From: Leptogorgia sarmentosa
Taxonomy: Eukaryota
DNA length: 64,000 nt
NCBI GenBank assembly: GCA_964658305.1
Contig: OZ210885.1
Coordinates: 6,820,001-6,884,000, forward strand
Direction: 5' to 3'
Below, one piece after another: positions 39,020 to 49,148 of this stretch. A program made the translations under genes and the position numbers. The notes beneath the pieces were generated by a model. It had not been told where the DNA came from. It did no database searches and was given only the letters and a program-made list of their open reading frames with translations. Each line of letters begins with the position of its first letter. Position 1 is the first letter of the stretch.

Positions 39020-40720
39020 AGTACAACGACTCAACAAATTCCACTAGGCATCTTTATTACTATTAGTTTCGTACCACAAGATGTGGCACTCATCAGATAA
39101 ATTAGCCTTATGACCACAGCAAAAACCTACAGTATTTATGTACAAGTGGATGGAAGCTTTAAATTAATCCTATTTACAAAACACGCAAAGTAATTATTTT
39201 GTTTCTTTATAGAAGTGACAGGACGCGGAAGTATTAACAACGCATAACATAACACCAAGCTATTAATATTGCGCGGTATATTTAAAACAAAAATTCATCT
39301 GTCTCGAGTGCATGCCCTTTAAATATTAGCTAAAAGAAATTTTTTCGCGTGTCTGCATGAAGACACTAATTCATTGCGTTTATTCAAAGTAGCCAGTTCA
39401 GGTTTACATATAATAAAGTACTTTTCCCACAGGCAGAGATTGCACCGATTAGAAGCAGGGCTGTAGGGTTTGGCTTGTTTCAAGGTTTGCCATTTAATGT
39501 GGAATTTGATTCCTTTGCGCTTTAATTGCCAGACATATTTACTAAGTTCAGTGGAGTTCCTTTTCTTGTACGAAGTGAATGACGTTTTGTGGTTGTAATA
39601 TCTGGTTTTGAAAGAGTTTTCAGTCAGACCAACATATGTTTGAGGTGGATTATTGTCGTTTGTAGTAACTGTCGCTTGATATACAATGGACTTGACCAAA
39701 CATTTTTTGGACATTGGGCACTCCTCTTTCTTTCTTTCTACAGTTGCATGTGCTTTCTTCGCTCGTAAGGGCGTTTTGGGACAGTTTGGTCTTTTTGTGT
39801 CCGTCGATGGTTTGTTTGATATTAGGCATGCAACTGTAGCTTATTTTAACAGTGTTGCGGTTGAATATTTTATGTAAGGGGTGACCTATCGGGAATTCAT
39901 CATCGATGATTTTCAAAAATGTTTGTCCAATATTTGTAGATACATTTTTACTAAACGGTGGATTGTACCAAATAATATTTCGTCTTCGATTTTGGGTTTG
40001 GTGGGTTGTAACTGGTGTTTATAGCCACTATTCTGAAGTGCTTGCTGGTATTGTTGCAAGGCACATTGAAGTGATTCCTCATCGGATGATATTTCGGTTA
40101 GGCGTTTGTTGATAGATAGTGGAATATTGCACAGGATATTAGGTGGGTGGTTAGATTTCTTGTGCACGTAAAGGGGTATGTTATTAGGTTTGGCGTATGG
40201 TTGATATTTTCCGGTTGACAAATTTAGGGTAACGTCAAGAAAATTGACTATTTTCTTGTTAGCTTCAATTGTAATTTTGAGTCCGTATTTGTTGAAAATG
40301 GAACACAAATCTTTTTTGATATTTTCTATCTCAGCGCTGTCGCTTTGATGACTCCTAACCCGTCATCTCTATATAATCCAAACTTGTTTCCATGCTTTGC
40401 TGTAATAAGATGTAGTAAATATGAGCCCACTAGTTCACACGATTCTGCACCGTCGAAGCTGCCCATTGTAACATCAAAGAGACTAGATGATGTCCGTTTA
40501 CCCCGATAGTTTCCCGAACTGTGCAAACATGATGTTTTGGCGTGCATAATAATTTCTCGTTCCTCGTCCGTAATATTGTCGTAATTTGATGCGAATTCTA
40601 AAGCAGCGTCGAGAAGTTCAATGGAAATAGATGGATAAAAGTCAACTACGTCAAACGCGATAAATGAATGCTGATCTTTGTCGGCGATGTTATTAAACCA
40701 CGTCAAAACAGATTTCGTAT
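39020..40720 (-). mobile_element. 5'-truncated Penelope-like retroelement (RT + GIY-YIG endonuclease), frameshifted
   Basis: [48 protein letters not shown]...YVGLTENSFKTRYYNH. The 3' end abuts (TA)n at 38998-39019. Confidence 0.92.
39047..39107 (-). ncRNA. Type I hammerhead ribozyme in the Penelope pseudo-LTR
   Basis: The minus strand reads TTTAT-CTGATGAG-TGCCAC atctt GTGGTA-CGAAAC TAATA GTA-ATAAA: complete catalytic core, stem II, minimal palindromic stem III and a GUA cleavage triplet. Confidence 0.88.
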
Positions 40721-41316
40721 TTTAATTTAATTTATGTTGTCCAGGAAATGTCATTGAATTTGTCTGTTTGTTCTTTCGTATATAGAGTTCTTTATAGAAC
40801 TTTTGCACTTCATTCAGGATGTCTATATCATTGGTGACTTGTTCTTCGGGTGTTTGTAGTGCTGTGATCGTATGTTGTTGTTTTTTTTTCTATGCCGAAG
40901 AAATACCGTGTTGGCTTCTCCCCATGTTCTTGCCACACTGCTCAGCTACGTCCTTTTTGTTCGTCTTTTTATCTTTACGTGCTTTTTTGTGTGTTTGTTT
41001 ATTTGATTGTTTCGGCGAGTTCTTTCGGTTGCGCCTCTTCTGTGTTACTTGAGTAAAGAAAATCTCGTTCTGGTCGTATTCACTTGTCCGGTCGTCATCT
41101 TTGATGGTGGACTCCGAGTCGCTGTCCGTGTTGACTGCCCCTGTTGATTTGCTCGCACCGGGTGGATCGTCGGCTGTTGCTTCGGTTGTTTCCGTCGTTT
41201 TGGTCGTACTTGAGGTCGCTTGGGTTGATCATGGTTTCCCGTCTGTGGTTTCTATTTCCATTGCGTTCTGGGTTGCTGACGTAATGCTTTATACCGCATG
41301 CTGCTTTGATAGCGAG

Positions 41317-41600
41317 CTACCCAAGGGAAACAAACGGGTCGGAAGAGGACAGCATTTTGATGGCCTGAGTGATGGTCTGAACGTCGACTTCAGCTGTTGG
41401 ATCTTGGAAGCCAAGGCCACCAGCTTTTGCTGGGGTGGATATGAAGTGGGATGTTGCACATAGTGGGTTGCAGATGTTACGAATCACTTCGATCAGTAGG
41501 TCTACGCATTGGTCGTCAGGAAGTTGTTGAATGGATGAGACTTTGATCATTCCGATAGGAACCCCAAGGTACTAGTAATGTTCATAGTCATTAAGTGTTG
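41317..41600 (-). pseudogene. R2/NeSL-like non-LTR RT-thumb fragment
   Basis: YLGVPIG...FISTPAKAGGLGFQD...QAIKMLSSSDPFV. Confidence 0.5.
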
Positions 41601-42029
41601 GGATTGTTTTGCCTTGCACATATTTGTGATTGATAGACTAACTCAAATGACTGCGAAATACATGAGTGGTGTAGTAAAAGAGGGAAGACAGAAGCAGAAG
41701 CAATGCAACCTCGTACCCAGGGCTTATTGGCTTCTCTGCGCATAAGCCCTGGTGCAAGCCAAGGCGGAAGTGATTGATTTCATTGGTCGCTTGAATGCAA
41801 AGTGAAATAGAAATATATAAACTTTCGAAAAATGAGAGTTAACACCATGGTATTACCAATAATCAATATAAATCCTGGTTATAAATAATGTAATGTATAG
41901 CTAGTTGGCAGACTTTGGATACAACATTATAATATTCAGCATATTATCCGTATTATTAATATATCAAAATACACACTCGCACAGTATAAAATGTATACTA
42001 TCATTGAAGTAATAGGAAAGTAATTAAAG

Positions 42030-43415
42030 TTATAAATAAATATCGTATTGCTTCTCTCTAATGTCCATTCCGGCTTTAAGTTTGTGGAGAGATTTGGAAA
42101 GCGTAGCTTGAAACAAATCGTCTTGACACTGCTTTCTACCTCGTCTGCACACATGTTCACTGCTTTCTGCTTCGTCTGGGCATTCACTGCTTTCTGCTTC
42201 GTCTGGGCGTTCACTGCTTTCTGCTTCGTCTGGCCGTTCACTGCTTTCTGCTTGGTCCTCAATATCGGACGGGGAGGTATTATCTGGCATGGCCGGTTCT
42301 TCCTCTTCTCCCGAGCTGTCCGAGAGAAGCTGCTAAGTATTCCTCCTCTTTCGCAAGAGTTGTCGTGCACGGACCTCCGCAGCGAAACGTGGATGAATGG
42401 TTGCGCCCGTAGACTCATCAGTCTGGGTGTTGTCCTCCTCCTCGTGGAGATCAGCATCGGAGATGGCACATACGTGGGCTTCGTTGAACAGCCGCTCACC
42501 TTCGTTCGCTCCAATCGTCGTGAGGGCGGAATTGTTGGCCTCATACCAAAGTTCGTTTGCATCGATGTGGTGGCGATTGGCGATTGCTCTGCAATCCACG
42601 CGATACAATCCATGGCGTTGTCATAGATCCAGTGGTCTATTCCCGGGATGCATTGCGGCAAGGATGTGGTTTCATACACCTGGATTCTTCGCCTCACATT
42701 CTCGTCTTCCTCAGCGCCAAATGCTGGTAGATGGTTGGTGGTAATGTAGTAGGGGCTGTTGTTCATCACCGCCTTTGGCATAGTGTGTTTCACGGCAGTC
42801 ACCATCTACCCACGTTGGAGGATGCATTTGGTCATGTCGGCATGCATGTTGGTGGATGACCACTTGTTCACAATCACGAGCTGGTTGTTGTTGGTGATCA
42901 TCGCGCCGGAAAATTGCCTCTCGTTCATGAGGGAGGCTATCTCACTTGCTGGAATTATTCGATGAAATATATTTGCCCAGGATTACTTCCTGGAATCTCT
43001 AGGACCGATGAGAACCAGTTTGCGCACCTTGTGGGGCATTCCAAATGCCATGAGGCATTGGTACAACTTGTTGAGAAATGTGGTACGCTGCTCGTCATCC
43101 GGAAAGGAGTTGATGCCTTCGCGAAAGTAACTGGGTTATGGGGCCGTCGAGCAGTCGTATGGCACAAAGGATCTTGGCGACACTTTGCCATGCATTGACT
43201 CCGGTATGGGACACTCAATGAATGAGCAGTATTTGATAGCGAAACATTAGCCATCACACACCTCTATCAGTTCCACATCGAATTTGATCTGAGGGATGAT
43301 GGCACAAGCAGGATGCGACAGCATTCTTTCCACAGCTTGGAGATGCTGGACAAGCTTGTCTCGTAGCGCTTCGTTTGCAGCAATTTTTTTCAGGTAGCTG
43401 CCTACGTGAACCTTG
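42030..43415 (-). pseudogene. D5-like SF3 helicase, copy A (5'-truncated, frameshifted; 27-bp tandem repeat at ~42157-42252 in the tail)
   Basis: LSHPACAIIPQIKFDVELIEVCDG; VTAVKH...SPYYITTNHLP (motif C); DNAMDCIAWIA. Confidence 0.8.
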
Positions 43416-43546
43416 CACGCTCTGGTTTCGTCAACACTTTGCCGCGATACAACACGTGGTCGCATATCTTCATCAATTTTTCTATTTCCTTTATCAATAT
43501 GGTCTTTCACCACTTGGAAGAGTTGCCTGGATGCTGTGAATACGTA

Positions 43547-43860
43547 GTAGGAGAAGTGAAAATCTTTCACTATCATGTGTGAATATATTAAAACATCATA
43601 TTAGGAACACATGTAAATGAAGGGGTCGTTCCCCTTTTGAAAGGGAACAGCAATTTAAACGGAACACATTGTTCCTTTTAAATTTAAGTTGTTCCGCACC
43701 GCTTATGTTCCGAAATTCGGAACGCTTTAATAAATGTTGATTAAGGAACAATAATAATTGTAGTTCCTTTCTTTAGGAACAAAATGTTCCGCTCTTGCAC
43801 ATATAAGTTAAATTAAGTTAAAGTGGAACGATTTGTTCCCTTTGCATGTTCCCCTTTTAT
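43547..43860. promoter_or_regulatory. Putative origin/control region with iterated GGAAC/GTTCC pentamers, copy 1
   Basis: 15 pentamers counted between 43604 and 43852, including three GGAAC-N5-GTTCC dyads and the palindrome GTTCCGAA-A-TTCGGAAC. Function is inferred. Confidence 0.55.
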
Positions 43861-43924
43861 TGTTTGCATAAGTTGTTGTTATAAAAGCCAACATACTTTT
43901 GGTCGCAAACATTTTATCGTTTAT

Positions 43925-46417
43925 ATGTTTGCACGTAGAAAAGCTCAAATAGATTGGAAGTCTGTAGACGGGGCGTTTACAAAACCGAGGCGATTGCATT
44001 TGGTGAAAGGCACCGATGGCTTGCATCGTTGTCCAGTAATAGGTTGTGAACATTCAGGATTTGGCAGTCAAAGAGGCTGTCGTAAACATGTTAAAACGAT
44101 ACACAGCTGGTATTACTATTTTGGAGAAAACTAAATGTTTACTCATAGGCAGTAATCGTAAACTTGAAAGCAAAGTTTCTCTAACAGTATCGATTGTAGA
44201 TCATAAAGTGGAAAATGTCCGTAGTTTTAAATACCTGGGAATTATTATATCAACTGATTTTACAAGGACAGAACATGTTGAAAACATTGCTAAAAAGATT
44301 AACCTAAGGCTGGGTCTCCTGAAACGCATTAAACATTTATTGCCATTTAAATCGCATCTCCTCTATTATAATAGTATTGTTATGCCTTTGTTCGATTATG
44401 CTGATTTAGTGTGGGGAGATAAGCACAACTCAACCTTAATGTGTAGTTTACAGGTACTTCTAAACAAAGTTGCTAAACTAATATTAGACAAACCTTTTCA
44501 CTCATCTGCATCGGATGCCTTAGCCACGCTTAAGTGGGTGTCGCTACAAAAAAGATGCTACCAAAGGAGATGTGTATAAATGTCTAAATGGACTTATACA
44601 TCATAATATGAACTTGTCAAAACATGAAGATCAACATACGTATAATACTAGAAATAAGGAGAAGCTGAGACTTCCCAGTACAAAGAGGCAATGGGGTCAA
44701 CAAAGGACTGCGTATCATGCCGTTAAAGATTTCAATTTATTGAATCGGGACATCAAGCGATCATCGAATCTTAACATTTTTAAACGCGAGATTTTAAAAT
44801 TATACTAGTTTTGATTGTAAACATATGTAATAGATTTCATCTAAATTGTTATTTTAGCTACTTATGTAACATAATTTTTTTCTTGTATCTGACTGAGATC
44901 CTTTTTGAAAATCACATTATGTGAAAAAGTTATCTCAATAAAGATCATCATCATCATTTTGACACAAAGCCTGAAGTGTGCCTTTTGCTGCTTGCAATCA
45001 CCGAAACGCAGCGAAGATGTGGTAAAACAGACCCGGGCTGTTCTACAGATAATGACTTTGCTAGATCGTTTTCAAAATGGCTTCAAAGGAGCTGTGGCGG
45101 CGGCAAATGTGCCACACAATCGGATGTTTCAGTTAAGCGAGCATTAAAGTTCATAAAGTTTTGTTGTGACGAGAATGGCGAGGGCAAAGAAGATGTGCTC
45201 AATGCACCTAATCTCATCGATTACGCCTTGGGGTCTCCACAACTATTAACAAAGTTTGTGGACGCTCTCAAAGAGAAGTGGTGTATTGGAGAATCAGGAC
45301 AAATTGGGTATGTCGCCAGTATTTCTGATTTACTAGATTTTCGCAAATTCAATCGTCCCCCTGCAACAGTGCTTCAAAACTTCGCAGTTACCGAAGTCTA
45401 TGTAAAGAGAGCACGAAAGTATTTAGCCAAAAACATTTAGCCAAAAACATGAGATCAAATTGGACAACCGAAATGGCTATAGAAACCCTCAAATCCCGTA
45501 GAAGTTGGGCAACTCTTTCCGAAGTACAATCCGTCATTCCATTTCATGAGGACTGTTATAAATCTGTATTAGAAAATTGTATGATATCACCTTCTACAGT
45601 CAAAACAGGGGACGTGACATTTGCCACCAGATTCGTTGCAGCTTACATGTTCCTCAAAGTGAAAGGTTGCCGCCCAATGACCGGCCAACATCTGACCTTG
45701 CGAATGTTTGAATGTGCGAAAAGAAACGAAGGAATAGTGGATCAGAAAGTATTCAAGACGGCTAAAATGTATGGGTTTGACAGTGTTTACTTTGACAAAT
45801 GTGGTATGCAGTTACTGGAAAAGTATATAGCGTATGTAAGGCCCCTTCTTACACCCACTTGCGACTATGTGTTGGTGAATCGAAACGGTAAACAGTTCCA
45901 AAAACTTTCTAATCTTTTGAGTGTATTGGTGTTTGAAGCAATAGGAAAATACATTCATCCAACTAGGTACAGACAGATTATCGAAACAGAAAGTGCGCAC
46001 GTTCTACTGCCAAACGAACAGCAGTGGATATCTGAAGACCAAAAGCATAGCTCCAACGTTGCCTGTGTACATTATCAGAAGAAAAGATCCCATGAAGTGG
46101 CCATGAGAGGACGTGAGTGCATGAAAAAATTAATTGAGAGAAGTAATAGTTCACAGAGAGAAGATGAGCATGAACAACAGTCCTCATCTGCCCCCATACA
46201 TGTTGGCGAAGACACGCCCATTGTATCCTGCCCGAAAATAGCCAAATGTACTCAAGGCCCTCGCTTCACATGTGAGGAAGATAACGCCATACGCTTGGGC
46301 ATTGGAAAGTTCGGTTTTCTTTGGACAAGGATATTACGGCATGCAGAATATAACTTTCATGCATGTCGTGTTGCAAATACTTTAAGAAAGAGGGCGGAAG
46401 CCTTGAAATTAGTGTAA
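43925..46417 (+). pseudogene. Tyrosine recombinase with N-terminal C2H2 finger and C-terminal TRF-like Myb domain (~546 aa when reconstructed)
   Basis: CPVIGC...CRKHVKTIH; KGCRP (R), VFKT (K), HPTRYR, DQKHS (H), VHYQ (Y); RFTCEEDNAIRLGIGKFGFLWTRIL...R..TLRKR. Broken by the LINE insertion and a 14-bp duplication at 45421-45448. Confidence 0.85.
44124..44961 (+). mobile_element. 5'-truncated L2/CR1-type LINE inserted in the YR gene
   Basis: FKYLGIII...LGLLKRIK...PLFDYADLVWG; AATAAA plus (ATC)n tail; ATTTTG duplicated at 44118-44123 and 44956-44961; empty site visible at ~49235-49258. Confidence 0.9.
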
Positions 46418-46499
46418 TGATTACGTGTAAACCTTAAATAATTGTTGGTATTATTAGTGTGAATTACATGGGGAACTGGCGGTGGAATTGACTGGCCGT

Positions 46500-48405
46500 G
46501 CACATGGTCGTTTCCTCATCATGTGTCTCCTTGCTTCCGTCGTGAAGCTCGCATGGATTGTGTCATGTGTGGTGGTGGGTTGGGTACCGGAATCACCATG
46601 AAGATCAGCCTCGGTGATGTGTAGAATCTCCCCTCTGTGCCACGGAGTGGGGGTATTCAGAGACGGTAGAAGACGACTTAAAGTCTGCTCGTCCTCATAC
46701 CAGCACTCCTCCGGAGGGATGAGGATGCGTATTTATTTCGTCGGCGGCCCACGCGATGCAGTCCATTGCGTGATCGTACATCCACTGGTAACCGTCAGGT
46801 GTTATGGTTGAGAGGGAGGAAGTGGTGAATATCTCAACGTTGGAAATTTGCGTTATCTTCATCAAAATCCGGCACTGCATTGGTGGTGATGTAAAATGGG
46901 CTGTGGCAAGTCACATGTCTTGGTTGGGTGTGCTTTACTGCAGTTGCTAACCAACCGCCTTGCAGGATGGTCTTCGCGAGATCAGCGGTCATTGTGCTTC
47001 CACACCAATCGTCAATGATGATGAGTTGGGTGTCCTCCTTGATCATCGCAGCAGAAAATTGGCGCTCGTTCGTGATGGATGCGATGTACTGGGCTGGAAC
47101 AATGCGCTGAAGGATACGTGCCCACAAGGTTTTGCCGGAGTCGCGAGGTCCTGCGACAACCAATTTTCGTGTTTTCTGTGGGATTTTATGGGCGAGTAGG
47201 CACTGGTAGAATTTATTGATGAAGTTCGTTCGCACGTCGACATCGGGAAACATATTGTATAGCCCTTGGCGAAATTATAGAGGTTGAGGTGGTGTGGAGG
47301 AGTCATAGGGTGTGTACGCTCGCGGCGACAACTTCCCAATGCTTGATTCTTCGATGGCATTTGGTATGAACGCTCGACTGCAAATCGCCAGACAAACACT
47401 GTTCGAGACTTCAATAAGGTTGAAGTCAAAGGCTAGCTGCTCTATGATCTCGCATGCCGGATGGGAGAGTATGGTTTCGACACTTTTGAAATGTTTGACC
47501 AGCTGCTGATTGATAGTGTCATTGACAAGCAGCTTGTTCAAATAGCTGCCAACGTCCATGAGCCGTGTGTACGTGAATTGGGCTCCATCGGGTCTTGCAT
47601 ATATGTCACCACGGTACAGGGCGTGTTTCGACAGGTGCATAACCCGTTCCACCTTGCGGATGGTAGATATAACATCTGTGGAAGGTGATTAAGATGAACG
47701 TGGGTGCAAGTTTGGGCGCCGTGTACTTTCCACAACCAGGCCATCACATTGTGTCCTCTCTATGGCAGCGTCAAATTCCTCCAGATACCCTTCATGATTG
47801 ACAATGACGAAACAACAAGGAGAGGTTGGAAAATGGACTGGGCAAAATTCATCCGACTCCTTGTCTTCCTCGTCCTCGCTTTCACTGCGGGTGCATTGCT
47901 ATAGCAGTACCTGTTGGAGGCGTTCAGCATTTCTTGCACCGACGGATTGTTGTGATCGTTCACCATCTGAAAGAGCTGTCTAGCTGCAGTTTCCAGAGCT
48001 TTCTGCGGCTGCGCACCCTGATTGGCATGATTTCTGGCTCGACGTCCTCATTGTGCAATACAGCAAAAAAGGTTGTGTTGCTGCTTGGCCCCTTCTTCGT
48101 GTTTGCATTGGAAGAGACGGCAGATATGGCAGAGAAAAAGAAAGCCACACCTTCGATGGCTTCGATCACCTCGTTCAGCTGCAGACGTTTGGAGGCAATT
48201 TGTAATGTAGCCAGTTCGATGTCCTCACGAGGAACTCGTCATGTTGCGCGACGATATTATTTAGCTTGCATATACATCGGCTACATAGGTTTTTGCCCAA
48301 ATCTAGATAAAGAATGTCATGGCAACTTACCAAGCTCAAAACATTTGCGCGTAGAGAGTTTTGCAGGCGTTTCGAATCTAGTTCTTTTCTTAGCTTTGGC
48401 GGCAT
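46500..48405 (-). pseudogene. D5-like SF3 helicase, copy B (most complete; probable short first exon 48331-48405)
   Basis: D5_N-like FDFNLIEVSN; Walker A GPRDSGKT; Walker B IIIDDW; motif C FYITTN; several frameshifts. Confidence 0.85.
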
Positions 48406-48476
48406 TTTGCAAGAGAACTTGTTCTGTGCAGTGAACGCGTCTTCTCACATGTTTTGCTATGATGCTATTTACATAG

Positions 48477-49003
48477 GGAACAATATTTAGTACTTTGATT
48501 ATCATGCGTATCCCTAAATATTGTTCCTTTAACAATGAAATTTAAACGCCAATTTTGCATGATTCACAGTCTGCTGCACACATAACCATTATTGGGCCAA
48601 ACCACAACATTATACGCATGGTCAATGAAGCGAAAAAATAATTTAAATTTGCAAATACAAAGTGGAAAAGTTTTGGTAGGAGAAGTGGAAATCTTTCCCT
48701 ATCATGTATAAATATATTAAAACATCATATTAGGAACACATGTAAATGAAGGGGTCGTTCTCCATTTGAAAAGGAACAGCTATTTAAACGGAACACATTG
48801 TTCCTTTTCAATTTAAGTTGTTCAGCACCGCTTATGTTCCGAAATTCGGAACGCTTTAACAAATGTTGATTAAGGAACAATAATAATTGTAGTTCCTTTA
48901 TTTAGGAACAAAATGTTCCGCTCTTGCACATATAATAGGTGTTAAAGTGGAACGATTTGTTCCCTTTGCACATTCCCTTTTGTTTTTCCCTTTTATTGTT
49001 CCC
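48477..49003. promoter_or_regulatory. Putative origin/control region, copy 2, between divergent helicase and YR starts
   Basis: Near-identical to 43547-43860 (offset 5129 bp), plus a perfect 14-bp IR GGAACAATATTTAG/CTAAATATTGTTCC (48477-48490, 48514-48527). Confidence 0.55.
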
Positions 49004-49148
49004 TTGTGAAGGAAGCAATGTCATGAAAAATACATTTCTCACAATGCAGTGCCTTAGGCTGTTAATAGGAAACTCAATTTATGCAGTTTGCATAAGTTGT
49101 TGTTATAAAAGCCAAGGTACTTTTGGTCGCAAACATTTTCTCGTTTAT

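Noticed and set aside
40740..41290. L1/Tx1-like ORF1/ORF2 fragments on the minus strand
   Set aside because: Only a weak ILNEVQKFYKELY motif and low-complexity sequence; too little to call.
41705..41760. Short AACCTCGTACCCAGGGCT...AGCCCTGG hairpin
   Set aside because: Looks like a truncated common mini-MITE; the right end is degenerate and no TSD is visible.
41936..42805. 289-aa ORF as a real protein
   Set aside because: Only the first ~73 aa are helicase; the rest is an out-of-frame read-through after a frameshift.
43547..43860. CRISPR array or tandem satellite
   Set aside because: Repeats are 5 bp, in both orientations and irregularly spaced; no cas genes; eukaryotic context.
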